From positions 152,396,001 through 152,460,000 of the forward strand of contig OX597816.1 in assembly GCA_951406725.2 (NCBI GenBank): a stretch of 64,000 nucleotides of DNA. The letters run 5' to 3'. This DNA is from Octopus vulgaris (taxonomy: Eukaryota). Of this stretch, positions 11,956 to 27,300 are shown piece by piece. The translations under genes were made by a program, and so were the position numbers. How positions within the stretch are numbered: the first letter of the stretch is position 1; each line of letters begins with the position of its first letter. Under the pieces are notes generated by a model that saw only the letters and a program-made list of their open reading frames with translations, was not told the DNA's origin and did no database searches.

Positions 11956-14900
11956 GGAAGGGGTTCTAGGGATGGTCAACAAGCAACCAGGGGCAGCAGC
12001 GGCTACGGCAGCAGCAGCAGCAGCAGCCTCAATCTCATGGCTACTACTCCAGGGGGCCGTACGTACAGGGGTTGGCGTAGGGGAAGGTAGGGCCAGCTCA
12101 GCTAAGTCAGGAGGGGGGTGGGTCCCTGCAAACGACAGTTCCCCAAACCGGAGGAGTTAATGGAAATAATTAAATTAAACTATGGAAAAGGTTTTACTGG
12201 GGGGTGGATAATTTCTAGATCCCTCTATTTCCTAAGTATTATTACTAACATAAAACTATTATTACTATTTGGGGATTGTCAATTGCCCCTGCAGCAGAAG
12301 CAGCAGTCTACTGGAAAGTAAAACAAAAAAAAAAATTCAAGTGATCATCAGCTTCATTGGGAGGGATGTGATTGGGAGGGATTTGTACATGTTTTCTTGT
12401 CGTACAGTGTCTGCATTCCTGCCTCTGCTGACCGACAAACTGATGATTATGCCACTAAACAAGCACAGCAAGCAGCTGCAGTCATCAACTCCACTACTAT
12501 ATTACAACCACCATCACCATAACCAACTTGCTGTTCTCTCTTTCACTCCTCCATAATATTCCTTTAATATCCTCCTCAATAATATATGTTGACCCTTGAC
12601 TGGATCTGCTTCAGTTTTGTATTCCCCTCCCTTTTTTTTATTGCATGCAGCAGCAAAAAAAAAAATATAATAAAAAAAGACAGATCCATCTGTTTGTGGG
12701 CTCAACACCACTAAAATGCGCATGTGCGTACACATACACACACACACACCAACCAACCAACCTGTTTCTGATCTACACATAAATGTGATGATCTCTTCTG
12801 TGTGGAGCAGATTGCCCCTTTATTGCACTCACAATGACTTTTGAAAAAAAATGCAGCTTCAGTGCAGATGGCATTATCAGCTTAACAGATTGGCGCAAAC
12901 GGCAACATTTGCCGGTCAGTCAGTGATTAGTGTGAACAGCACTTTGCTTGCATGCACTTAAATTGCATGCTCCTGTTAAATTTTAAACCTGTTGAAATTT
13001 GCACATGGGTATTTTATGTGAGTGTGTTTGTAAGTATATATGTGTATATGCATGTATATATATGCATATGTGTATATAAAGTATGAGTGTAAGTATATGC
13101 ATGTATGTAGTGTGTATATACATGTGAAAGTATATAATATGTATATATTATATAGCTGTATGTACGATTCTTTTTCTAGCAAATCTCCTTGATGGAGAAG
13201 CATGTCCTATCGTTACTTCTATATTGTAAAAGAAGCGACAATAATTGACAATAATAGAATGCTCTCTTAATTGGGCAAAGTACTATTGCTATTATAGGTA
13301 CTCTATTACTTATTACACAACAACGATTATTGACTTCCACCACTGGCTTTCAATTTGTCTGCTGATAACATATTTATTTTTATTTTTTTATCATGTTGTG
13401 CCAGATATGGAGGCGGAACAATAGGAAACACTGCCACCAGTTGGAGACAAAATAGTTCATTTGAGTCTGAGGAAATATTGTATATGAGCTGGACTTAGTT
13501 ATATTTCATTCTTACTGACGACTCTGAACATGCATATTCTTCCTTTTTCATTCTAGTCTCATCCTTTTTACCTCTAGTATCTCTACACTTTTTTTTGTAT
13601 ATTAACTATACCCCTGTTTTTATAGATCCCTTCCTTGTCTGCTATCTCCCTGATTATTCTAAATGTTTTTTTTTAAATTTCACTTTGATGCTTATTCAAG
13701 ATTTTTATTGTATTTTTCAATTCTGAGAAAATTTATTTTTTTAAGACATCTTTTTAGAATGTTCTATCCTTGACAATAATTTCAATGTCTGTTTGCTAAA
13801 ATTAATACTGATCCCATAACAACTGTACATACTTTTTGATAATTTTTCCCTTCCCCTATTTCTCATTTGCTCTGAGAAAATTTGGCTGAAAATAGTACTG
13901 TTTAGTGATTTAATAGTGTTGGTTGTGACAGCCCTGCTCTCATAACTCAGTCGCAATATTCCAAAACCTGTTTGGTGCTGAATTGAATAACAGTGTCTGT
14001 TTCCTGGTGTTTGCCTTTAACTATTAGGCAATGTCAAAAGGAACTAATCAGACTTGAATGACATATTTATTATTCATTTTAAAAAAAAAAGATTGAAGTA
14101 TTTTATAATTCCTTTCTACATACAGTTGCTTTTACCTTCTGTAACTATTTCGGGTCCATATTGCTGTACTGGAGTTATAAAGAGATTTTCCTGAGCAAAA
14201 TCCTTCTTGGTTCTTTTTCCTTGCAACCTATTTGTCATATTTAGAGCTGCTAGTCTGAGAATAATTAAAATCAATGATTAAATAGAAAACTAGTGATTTG
14301 TTTTTCATTTATCAATTTGCATCTTAGTTTTTCTTTTTATGTTTTAGTTTACCTTTCTCAATAGCAGATTTATTAAATGGAAGCTTTAGGGGCTAAACTA
14401 TTTGTTTTGGTCTTTTTTTTCTTCAGAGAAATGGTTCCTATTTCCATTATTCTTTGTGGAAAAAGGAATTTATATTGCTGACAGTGTTTTTTGTTTAATG
14501 GTTTAATCAAACATTCCTCCCTTTCCATGAATAGCTTTGTAAAGTTCTGTCTTATGCCGTGCATTTTGACACTTATTTCTATGGCTTCCTTTTGGTTTGG
14601 TCTGTATAGATGCCTACACTCTATCTAGAAACAATTCTGTGAAGCTACTTCTGCATGTTGCTAGACTTGACTTAATCTTTGGATGACAGTCAGGTTGTCA
14701 AAGGTTGACATCAACACTGTAGTGGACAAAGAATTATCCAAACTGGTGATGTTACATTACTATAAGTTAGCCGTACTGTAGTAATGGTGTGTGACTAAAT
14801 TGTAACAGTGTCTTCTGCACCTGGTCTCCTGCTCACTGGCTTTGCAATGTGTGTTGGCAGCATTTTGAAAGCAATGCCCTGGCCAAAATGGCTATTTTTT

Positions 14901-15805
14901 GTGCTACTATTATGACAGATCTAATCAGTTTGGCTGTTGTTTTGTCTTGTGCACGTTAAAGCAATTTGACATCTATTATTGTTATTATTGTTGGTCACTA
15001 TATAGTTTGAGAATGGTTGGTATATTATTGTTGTTCGGTAAAGAAATTCCTACAATACAGTGTGGCTGTGTTTACATTAATGCCTGCCGTTCTCTGGAAA
15101 ACAAGTGAAATAGCATCACATTGTTGACTGTTGTGATTGACTAACATTATTAAACTTATGGCATGCTAACTTTGAACTTTTTTTACCCCAATAACTGGTC
15201 TTATATTTTACAGTAGCTAAGCCAGCACTGAAAAATTGTCACTTTGGTATTATAAAAATATGCCCAAGTGTCTCTTAGTTTTTGAAAATGTTTAAATCTA
15301 TTCATCTACTGCTTTTTAATTTTTTTTTTACCTAAATATTTCTTTGCTGTTAACATTACTATTATGGAAGCAATCAATGATGAAAGATTACTCAACTGCA
15401 AACATTTGTTGAGGCTCAATTACAAGTATAATATGCTGGCTTTGGCTTTAGCTTAGGCATTCTAGAAGTCAACTATTGTCTGCAATTTTAATACTGACAC
15501 TCTACTCTCTCTCTCCTCCCGTCTTCAATATTCTTACAATTAAGGTTACTAGCAGTTGATTTTTCTGCTTTAGATTCTGTTCTGGCAGCAACAACAACAG
15601 GTATAGTGAGCAGCCAGCAATGTTGGTTATAAACTGGCTGTAATGAGTTAACAGGTTATGTAGTTAACAAAGGCATAAAGACAACTGTTTCAATTAACAA
15701 GAAACCTAGTTGTCTCTTTATACTGCCAGACATTGTCTGCTTGTATGTTTTGTCTTCTGATTTTAAAGTAAAGCATGCTGAATAAACTGGTTGGTATCAT
15801 GGAAG
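11956..15805 (+). other. TNPO1: Probable terminal 3'UTR exon of TNPO1 (~3.8 kb)
   Basis: Strong acceptor tttctttttcttttcag at 11955; repeat-poor sequence; AATAAA at 15781-15786 followed by a U/GU-rich tract. The end point is inferred. Confidence 0.55.
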
Positions 15806-18219
15806 AATTTAGTTTTCCTTCTTTTGTGTCTATGCATGCATTTGTTCAGTCTTTCATGTTTGAGAGCAATTTGATGTAAACTTGTATGATTATTTGGATA
15901 AATTATCAGACTTTGTGCAAATAATTGATTTGAAGTAATATGAATGAAGTCAAACTGAGATTTCTGTTTGAGAAAATCTATTGCTAGTTAAAACTGTGAT
16001 ATGGAATTGAAGGATTGACATGTTCAAAAAAGATATTCTAGAGTACTACTCTTCATTAGCTCATTTCCAACATAATTGTTATAAAAATATCAAATCTGAC
16101 CTACTAGCATCTATCTATATTTTACAATTACATGAAAATAATGTCACTAATGTATTACCAGAAACATAAGATAGCTTCAAGATATTTAACAAGAGGAATT
16201 ATTGAAAACTGGCTTAGTATAGAGGAAACTGCTGGTTAAGAAAGGCCACTCCTCCCCCTCCAGTTTTATGCAATTTCATAAATGATATATATTGATTTAA
16301 AGTCTAATCAACCTCATCATGACCTTCATTGATATGGTTTACTTCTGTTAAAGAAGGCTAACTAATTACTTGATCTTGGGTAGAGGTCTCCACTTCATTC
16401 TTCTATGGATCTGAACCAATACTGAGCATTTCCTTTGGAATAAAGTACTCAGTATAGAGGGTTGTTGAAGTTAGTCCTAAATCTATTCAATGATTATACC
16501 CACCACAACCAAAACCTCTTTCCTTCTACATTCACTAACCTCATCTATCAATATAATTCCTCTTTAAGATACATTGATCCAACATCATCTCTAGCTAACT
16601 TGAACAAGTGTAGTGGCCCTGCCACCCCAGATACATAATTTACCCGTTTTTCTGCAAATCCTTTCTTAACATATTTGCACCATCATCCTTGTTATGATGG
16701 ACTCTTAGTCCTCAAATTATTTCCGTGTTCTATTGGCAGGTCACTGGATTGGCTACAAGGACAAACTTGTTTATTGGCAAAGTTTTCACCTTGTTCACTG
16801 GCCTCTAACTCTAAATTATATAGTTGTTCACTCTTGAAGAGCTCACTGCTTTTGTTAATAATTTCCATTTTGCTTTAAAAGTCACAAATGCCTCTGTTTA
16901 ACAATCCTCACCTACTTAGCACCTCACACCAAATCTAGCTTTCATAACAATTAATCTTAGATTGTGATTGACTGTTTATCAAGTAATTATACTTCATTTC
17001 ACCTTACTCCTCTAGGCTTACCTAAATCCATGCTCTCTTTAAATGTAGCTTATTGGGCCACATTTTAAAAATTCTCCTCTCCCCCATCTTCTCAAACCTT
17101 TTAACTACTTTAGCCACTCCAACACTAGCCTCTCTTAGGCAAGCACCATCAACAGGTTAAATTTACTCTAATCTCATCTCCCTAATACATAGATGAACAC
17201 ACTAACTTATACTAACTCTGCTACTTTTAACCATTCCTGTTGTGCATGTCTTACATTTCATCTTGCCATCCACCACCACTCAAAGGCCACATTAAATCAT
17301 CTTACATACTTAATGACCTCCACCACCAAACACATTACCACCGCAATATGCAGGTATCTTCTTTTGACTCAGATAAAGAACTAGAAATCATAATATCAGA
17401 TCTTTTCCTTTCTTCAGGTAGTTTATTTAAAATACATTTTTCTCTTGCCCACACAGATTCTCATTGGATTCCTCTGATTCTAGATATGACAATATATGGG
17501 ATAATTTCCTACATTTCTTTTAGTATTAAATTTTATAGTGACCTCTTGGTTGTACAAAGTTATTGACACAAATTTTTCAGCAATACATATGAATAGTGTA
17601 GTTAATCTTTTTGTTGGAATACGTTGCCTTTACTTCAATTAATTTTGAAAATTATGAAGCACTTCACAAAATAAAAGTAATATTAAGCTTGTTTCCAAAC
17701 CTAAACAAACATGAAATTTTTATGGAAGGTTAAATTTAAATCACTTTAAAACAAGCGTGTATCATAGAACTAGGTGCTGTCTCAGTTTTGGTATCAAACG
17801 GGTTAAACCTTATTTACAAACAAGTTTTATACCACCTAAACTTGCAACAGGATTGAAACTTGGCTTCTCTTGCAGCTGATATAATGGACATCTAGTTGAT
17901 CACGAAGATAGAATTTAAAGTATAAAAGTGTCTTTGCCATTGAATACAAGGCATTTTTTAGTTGCTCATTCATTTGCTGTATCATAGATATGAACCAAAA
18001 AAGAAGCAGGAGTTACATATTTCTTTTTTATTAATTATTTTGTTATAAAATATAAACTTCAATTTTTAATCAATTAAAATATTTTTGTGTGAAAGGCAAC
18101 TCCTTTTGAAATTTGTCTCAATCAGACCTTCAAGTTGGTTGAATTGTTGAGCTGTACACACACTCTGTTGTACCTATTTACAGCTAAATGTACTGTGGAA
18201 AAAAACATTGTACTGAAGT

Positions 18220-18355
18220 TTACAGCAAAAACAACTTTTCTGGACATAAACAACCTTCTCTTATACATTCTTTGACCCATTCTGAATTAAGGATGTGGAA
18301 CTTCTTTTCTGATTGGCACCGTTTATATTTGAACATATCCAACCTCTCTAGGTGA
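18220..18355 (-). CDS. LIG4: LIG4 coding exon 18 (end of BRCT2, stop)
   Basis: [44 protein letters not shown]-stop; minus-strand AATAAA at 18027-18032. Confidence 0.85.
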
Positions 18356-21300
18356 CTGCAATGAAACAAATTAATGCAATTGAATTTCTTGAAATAGCTG
18401 GATTTTTATTGTTTAAAAATCTGAATGGTTATTGCTATTGGAGATGTATTGTAATTTCATACATTTCCATCATTAATTACTGCAATTTCCTTTTCAGATG
18501 TCTTAATGCTGGTAAAATAGGCAATTATATATATTTATGTATCAAACATAATTTGTTCTTGTGTTCAGAATCCACTTCAACTATGTTTGTCTTTCGTCTA
18601 CTTCATACTTTGAAGCTAAACCTTAGTTCTCAAGTGCCTTGTAAGGCCTAGAGAGACTTACATTGATGGAATATCTTGAAGTGCATTGTTTCTTTTCTTT
18701 TTTTTTTTTTTTTTAATTCAAATAATAAATCTGTAAGTAACATTAAGTTTATACCATCATGAAGTTAGAGAACTGAATACTTAAATTGATAGAAAATAAA
18801 GCGACTCACTTTTTGTCCATTATCAAGTGGGATACTGAATTGTCCAATACTGGCAGAACTGTGGCTCCGAAATACCTCATTTCCATAGCCAACAATGTTA
18901 ATGGAGAATGCTGAAGGTAATTGTCATCATTAGGGTCCAATTTGTTGTCCACATATACTCTAGAAAAACAGTAGATAGTTGATAACTTGGCTGACCATTT
19001 TATTTTCTCTTCACTAAAATAATTTCAGGTTCTGTTCAGTTCCTTTCCTATTTCAGCTTAAGAAAACATGCAATTTTATTATAAATAAAATCATGAAATT
19101 CCCATTTATGGTTTAAACAAGACATTTTTTTTCAAATTTTGAAATTTATTATCTAATAATATTCAATGTTTTGTTTCAGTACTTATTGTATAACATTTCT
19201 AATGTCTAGACACAAAACAAAGAATATAAACTAAAATACAACATTCATTCAAGATATGTGAATATAAACTACTAAAACATAACATATATTCAAGACATGT
19301 ATGCTCTCAGTTCAAGCTGCAGAAGCAGTATCTGTTTTATATGCATTTTTCACATTCTAAACTGTCTTAACAGAAGAACCTTACTGCCCACTGTTTTATA
19401 CTTACTTGCACAACCTGAACAATCCATATGGAGACTCCATTGGGAAATATTCATCTTCTATTTCTGCAATCTCTTCAGGACTTAGACATTTAGGCTTAGG
19501 AGAAAAAAAAAAATGTACTGTACTAGTAGATATGTGCAGAAGCCACAATATGCAGTTATACAACAGTACAAATATATATTTGGTTTATAACATTTCATGT
19601 TTAACCCTTTAGCATTTAAACTGGCCATATCTGGTCTCTCACACCTACCTACAATGTCAAAAAAAATCACGTCATCAAAATCCTGAAGTTATGATGTAAT
19701 GCATGATTAATTGAAAATAATGTGAATAAATAAGTTACCTAACTGAGTAATCTGAATGCTAAAGGGTTAAAATGAGATGTAGAGCATAACAAGTGCATCA
19801 GTTAAATAAGTTCACATTACAAGAGTCAATGAACAATTTCTGTGGAAGTTTCTCTGAAAGTTATACTCCAGACTGGATATGTGAATAGAATACATCTAAT
19901 CAGAAAAAGAAGCCGTCAATTATATAAAGTCTTCTGTTAGTCTTATACTTTATCAGTTGCTCTCTCTTCTTAACTGAGTGGAACTAGTAATGGTAAGAAA
20001 TGTTCAATCCTCTGTCTAGGTAGGAGCCCAGTACAACTTTAATAATAGTCTAGTTTGAGTTTCAACCCATTTGAAAATGCAGAAAGATTTACATTGGCAC
20101 TGCAAACTAACATTCCCATGGAATGGTAAGCTTGTAACTGCTCTTAAGATATCTATACACAGTTAAGCCAGCAAAAGGTGACATAGCACAACATTAATAA
20201 GGCTGTAAACAACCACCATTTAATATTGAAACTAATAATATAAATAGCTTCAAGAATACAGTGAACTGTCAAGGAAAATAAAATGCAGGAATGGTTTTTT
20301 AACACTGATTTGCTAATGACAACCACTTCAAAGACCATTACAACTATAACTTAAGCTGATCTTTCAAAACTAATGCTCATATTGAAGTGCTGAATGTATA
20401 TCCTACTGGATATTTCAAGTTATAGATCTTAAGTTCAAATCTATACATGTTTTAGTGTATACTTTTGCAATAAACTGAAATTCTTTCTGACTCAAAAGTT
20501 CATTTAGCTATTGGAAATAGATACCAAATCTGTTGGGAATATTTTCTAAGTTGAGCATGTTATGCAAGAAATGTATTCTCTAGCCAATGCTAAAGGGTTA
20601 ACTCCATATAACTGGGGTAAAGCATAGTTGAGGTGGAGTAGCTAGCTCCCATGACTTTAGGAAACATTTTTTCAAGCTGAGAGTTGCTGAAGCATGGAAC
20701 AAACTGTTGGCATCAGTTGTTAGTTGTCGGAGCACTGCATCCTTCAAAACTTCCATGCTTTCTGAGATTCGCCAACACTACACCTGATTTTCTCCCCTCC
20801 ATACACACACAAGCATGTATCTGACTCGTGCATTGTTCGCTTTCCAGACATTACTGCATATACTCTATACGCACTTTCTGACATGTGGTGCACCTGAGCA
20901 CTGTATACAATAATTTCATTATTATTATTATTATAGCTGAATATATGATTAGTTCAAACAACCAAAGAAATAGTCTCTTACCAATTGCATTGTAGAAAAG
21001 ACATCTTTCAAGTCCTGATATGTTGAGTGATAAGTATAATTGTCTCCATACTCATCAAAGTCTTCTCTTATCTTAGCAATTGTGGCCTTTGTTGCATGGA
21101 TGATATTTTTGGGAGTCCTTGAAAATAAATATTTATAATATACAAGTTTATAAGTTATACATCCTGAATCCATTAGCCTGATAATTAAAATATCTTTCTA
21201 TCAAATTTTTGGTCTCTAAAGGTTTCTTTACATATTGTGATTAATATTATCAATATACAGATGAATGTATTTTATATCATCTAGTTTTGCTTTTCTTAAA

Positions 21301-24300
21301 CCATTTTCATATTTCAAAATGACTTCAATGGTTCTTTAGGTTTGGACATTGACACAACATATTTTAGAGCAGAATAACTTTAATAGATTATTGTTCTTTA
21401 AAATTACAAATCTGACAATTGCTCAAACTTACCAAGGAAGCAGCTTTTTATTTTCAATGCAATCTAAAAACCAGCTGACATTAATGATGTTGTAAATATT
21501 ACTTTTGATATAATGGTTCACTTGGTAAGTCTTCTTGTCAGCCAACACACAGTATGTCTGGGAATCTGATGAGGGTAGAATAAACAAGCAGAATATATGA
21601 GATGGGGTGTGGTAGTGGAGTTTGGAAAAAAGATGATGCAGAAGTTGGAATGCAAGGTGGTGGTAGTGGAGAGGAATAATTTTACATTGTACTCAATGCA
21701 TACCCCACCCATATCTAATCTGAATGTGGTAGTGGTTAGAGAGTTCTATAAATTTGTCCACTGATTGTTGCACAACTCTATACAGTTCTTTTCTATATGA
21801 CTCTATTACTGTAGATTTGTGGGTCCTAACCTGCAGTACATGTACCATCATAGTATATCAATACATCTATATGAAAGAGTCTGGGTGTATAACTATAATG
21901 TACACTGCAGTATAACAGCCTCGTTACAAAATAGCTGAAAAATGCAACCAACCAGGAATGGTTTGCTCCTTTACAAAATTATAAATAAACTATGTTAAAG
22001 GCCACCCAGTGTTTTTGCATACCAGCAAATACATTTTATGTTATTTTTATATACTTCTGGTTGCTTGTTACAGATTGATTTCAGAAGTGGGTTGAATATA
22101 TAACACTGATGAGCCAAAAAATAAAAACTGAAATATCAATGTATCATCTTCATTCAGTTTCAGGATGATTTTGTTTTTTAATACTATGCATCTTTAAATA
22201 TATTCTATACTATAAAGCATGCCATATGTTCTATATACTGCCAAGTATATACTATGCCACTGTCTCTGCACATATATATGTACTGCACTATAAGTACAGA
22301 AATGATATTTTCTAAGTTCTATTCAATGAAACTGCTGTATTGCATTATAAAAACTACATCACTACATAGTACTGTATATCTTTCATTAAAGAAACTGCAC
22401 TGAATTACACTGTAGAAAATGTATTTTGCTATATTGTATTATACTAGTATACTACAATATATTTCACACTAGTTGTGCAGGAGATGTCTATATTGAGCTT
22501 TGTAAATTTGACTTATCAATCTGTCATGGCTTAAATTCTAGACAATCTGATCTTGTTTCATTGCTTTGTGTATTTCACTGAATCTTTTACCTAGATTCTC
22601 TATGGTTTTCTCACATATTTCGAAATGTTATACTACAGTACACTGGCGCTGAAGCAGTGATATGATCTTTGCAAACTGAAGTCTGTAGTTGAGATAGTTT
22701 ACTTCATTTGCTCCTCATATTTGCAAATGTCATCCAGCCAATAGCCTGGAGAAGAATAAGCTGACTTGCCCCTATTATAAAGACATGAAACTTTCAGCAG
22801 AGTTATATTAAGATCACTGGACCTGTTTCAATATAGCATCATGCTATTACTACAAAAATAACTACATTACTTGGGTCCCGTACTGACTACATACCATGCT
22901 ACATTATACTATAGTTGCAGAAGTGGTTTACATTACACTCTACTTTATAGTAGACATCACTTTATTTTTTGGATTCTATACGAGATACACACCACACTAC
23001 ACCTATACTATACTCATAGAGGTGACTACATCTCTTGGGTCCTGTGTAATATACAGACCATATTACACTACACCAAACTATAGGAATCTATACATAGTTG
23101 ATCAGCTTGCTTGGAATAACAGCCAAAGCTCTTTCTAATTACATCGTAATTTACCATTCTTTATCAGACATGCAATAATCATCACTACTGAGAATGAATA
23201 AAAAATGGGATGGTCACATCTGACATACCTTTGATCACAGGTCTGCTCAATCAGCACTGACCTGGGGTTAAACAACAATGTGCAGTATTAAATCAATCTG
23301 TACTATGTTACAGCTTTAGAAGTGATTACCTTACCTGGGTTCTGTACAATTTGTCCTCCATACTGCACTACATGTTTCTCTAGTTTAGCCTTGTCCCAAA
23401 GCTTTGGACCATTCGCTACACAGATGTCCTTTTGATCAAAGATGTTGTGTACCTGTCAACAGGAAAAATATGAGATTAAGCCATGATGGATTTTGAGGTA
23501 CTTGGTGGTTGCAAACAGCTAGGTACAGAAATAGATGGAGATTGTGGAATGAGTGTTTATGGCATCTGGGGAACAATGATAGATAAGGGTATTGTAAAGT
23601 AATTAGTGTTAATTGGCATTAAGATAGGCCAAGGTAGTAAAGGTGGACTGAGAGTACTATGAAAGGGTATGAGTAGTGGTTGAGGGTAACTGAAAACTGT
23701 GATAGACCAAAAGTGCTGGTGGCACATAAAAAAGCACTGGTGATGGTACCACAAAAAAACCATCCAGTACACTCTGTAAAGTGGTTGTCACCAGGAAGGG
23801 CATCCAGCTTTAGAAACTAAGCCAAAACAGACTATGGGACCTGGTATTGCCTTCAACCCATGCCAACATGGAAAACGGATAATAAATGAAGATGATGATA
23901 AAAGGTCACATTGATTACAGGTGTTAAATTCTGGTTTCATGGCATGAAGTAGATAAAAAGTAAATATCTTGCTCGAATAGACTATCAGTTTATCTCAAGT
24001 AACACATCCAGATGATCTTGTGTCTATTCCTGACAGCTCAGTGAACCAAGGAAATACAGAATAAGGTGTTCTGCTTAAATACTCAACAGATACTTGTTGT
24101 AGATTTAAACTCATAAACTAGAAGTTGGTAGTCCACTGTATTATGCTTGTGACCATTTTACCTCTACCTAGATCTAGGACAACATGAAAGTAGATGGCTA
24201 GGTGTTGATGGTAGCAAAGGAAGCTTGGGGTGATTATAGATAGAAATGGTATATAATTGGAAAAAGTGGGATGAGTGGTGACTGGGAGCTGAAGGTAAAT

Positions 24301-27300
24301 GTAGGCAGAGTTACAGAGTGATTTCCATAAAGTCTGGTGGCGGTAACTGAAATAAGAGATGGAAGCTAGAAGTAGAGGTAGCCCAGGAGAGGTAACAAAA
24401 TAGTTAAGTACAATCTGAGAGAAATATGACTAATAGTTGTTGCTAGCTCGGGTAGAAGTATTGTGGAAATTATGAGGTGGATGGATATGACTAGTGGAAC
24501 TATAACTAGTTACTGTGGGCAGTTGGTGGGCTGGTAAATCAAGAAAGATTGTGGAAGAACTAGTTAGACAAAACCTAAGAGAAATTACACTACATGATGA
24601 TGATGATACAGAGAGGCTTAATTATGAGCTGAAGACTGCAAAATGAATTAAGAAAAACAGTAGTGAGGTGTAATATTACAGAACCAACTAACTTAAAAAA
24701 AACACGAGCAAAATATGGATGTAAAACTCCTGGAGATGACAATGGTGGTGGCAATGAAGATGATGAAATGAGGATAATAAAGTCTTGCTGATGTTGCTAA
24801 TAACAGTGATAAGGTTAGTTGATATGGTGGAAATTATTGCAATCAATGTTTTGACTCACCATTTTCACATGAGAGGTATCAGAAGGTTTGAATCTCTCCA
24901 TCACTCCTTTTTTCTCTACTTTGGGCGCCACTGTTCTCTTCTTTTTGACAGGTGTTGTATCATCCACATTTTCATCTAATTTGTTGGACAGTTTACCTCC
25001 TGATTTCTGGAATATATCAAGAGAGAAAGAAAGAAATTGCAAGTTCATATGATAAAGCAGGATCTAATATCTGAGCTCAATTTTGAAATGGAGTCTGTTA
25101 AACAACAACATCAGCTGGTACTTTAATTGATTTATTTTGGTGAAGAGGTACCTTAATCAATGTAGTCTAGCCACCAGGTATGTTTACCTATTCTGGCTAA
25201 TAAATAACTTAATATACTCTTGTGATGTACCATACTGTAGTTTTTGTAGGTAACATAATATATTCTGGCTACAAGGTACTTCAATGTATTCTGGCCCTAA
25301 ACACTTGAATCAATGAATATTGGCCACTTCATACTTTAATAAATGTATTTTGGTCACTGGGTATTTTAATCAACATTTTCTATCTTCATCAGTATATTCT
25401 GACCACTAGGTATTTTAATCACTGTATTCTGGTCACAAGGTATCTTGACTAATGTATTCTGGTCAGTAGATGGCCAGAATAATCCAATATATACTGCCTA
25501 TAAAGGGTATATAATTACCACTAAGTAGTATTACGTATTCTAATTTCTAAATATGATTAGGACGTTAAACGATGATGATGATGATTAGTAACCAGAAGGT
25601 ACTTCATTAAATAAATACTGACTACCAGATACATTGGATAGGATGAGATCAGCCTCATAACCAATCAAAGCACCTGACTGATTAGATGTAGGATATTTAG
25701 AAAAGTTAGTTCCATCTGCTTCCTGCAGGGAGAGTAGGATATGTATAATTAGTGAGATTAGTAATTTGATCAATCTTTACTATAGAAATGTAATAACCTG
25801 TTTCAGGTCTTCCAAGTCCCTAGTTGTCATACATTCAAACCAAGATTTATCATCACGAATCTTCTCTACTCGAGGGAAACGGAGGGTGCAACCAGTTTGA
25901 AACTTGTCACTTGATACAATTTCTGCTGCCTTTACCTGTACAATAAATAAAAAGATCTGTCAATCATTGAATGAATTAAATAAGAAACATTGAGTAAATA
26001 TTTCTACTGGGTTTATTCAAACCTGTTGGGGTAGTAAAGAGTCAAACAAATCTGTTAATGCAACAGATTATAGTAGTGTATAGTACTATAGTTTTATACT
26101 ATAGAAATGCCACAATCAATATTATAAGGTAACCAATGCAGTTTCTGCTCCTTTATCTCATTACCACTCTATAGTATAAAACTCTCAGGAACCACCCTAC
26201 AAACTGTAAAATACTTAGAATACTTAGGCAATTTTACATTACATATATCAACACCACCTCCATACTACAGCGACATTCAAAATATCATTCCTTCAAAATC
26301 TACTGACCTGTACAATACATGATTTAGAAGGTTCAATCCAAACAGATGGTTTCTCTTTGAATCCAGGTGCCAAAACAATTGACTTGGGTGGGTTTTCATC
26401 ACTCTTTTTCCAGTGTTTGTATAATTTTTCATTGAGTTCAGTTAATTCATTTTTTGTATATCCTGACCCAACCTAGAAAGGAAATGACCAAACATGAACA
26501 GTTTCCTTAAAATAACATTGGAACCTTTTGAAGATGATGCCTGCTAATGCTTTAACACTGAAGGAGATGAAATGATTTTTATGAAACGTAAAAAGAACAT
26601 GGGTTATTATCCAAAGTTTTGACAAAAGTATTTGAATTGTAATAAACAAAGAAAAGTATAGACATTCTTGAAGAGATTGATTTGTTATTGTAAATCAATA
26701 AGGGTTAAAATCTATAATGTTTTACATGAAAAATAGAGAAATACAACACTGCATATTTTGTGATTAGAGACAAAATAGACTAAAAGAATTTACATTTTTT
26801 TTCAAGATAATATAAGTTGAATGGGTTTGCTGCCTGACTGGCACCCATGCCAGTGGTATGAAAAAAGTACCATTCGAGTGTGGCCGATGCCAGCGCTGTC
26901 TGACTGGCTCCCGTGCTGATGGCATGTAAAAGCACCCACTACACTCTCGAAGTGGTTGGTGTTAGGAAGGGCATCCAGCTGTAGAAACCTTGCCAAATCA
27001 GATTGCACCCTGGTGCATCTCCCAGCTTGCCAGTTCTCAGTCAAACTGTCCAACCCATACCAGTATGGAAAGCAGATGTTAAACGGTGATGATGATGATT
27101 TGCATTGCATGAAGAGAGTGTGAATGGTGAAGTTAATAGGGTATATTCATCAAAGAAGTTAGAGGTTAATATACAGCTATCAGCACAGTGTTGTACCTGT
27201 GGCTAAGACAAATGTTAATAAGATCTAACTTCAGCAAGCTTAATGTAGGGACCACAAAATGGCTCAATTCAGCACTGAAGAAGCAACAACAATCCATTCC

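Noticed and set aside
11930-12160. Ala-rich 76-aa ORF
   Set aside because: It starts inside the polypyrimidine tract and derives its poly-Ala from a (GCA)n repeat; no independent gene evidence.
21566-21573. CTGATGAG at a LIG4 exon boundary
   Set aside because: It is simply the reverse complement of the exon 14 splice acceptor (ctcatcag).
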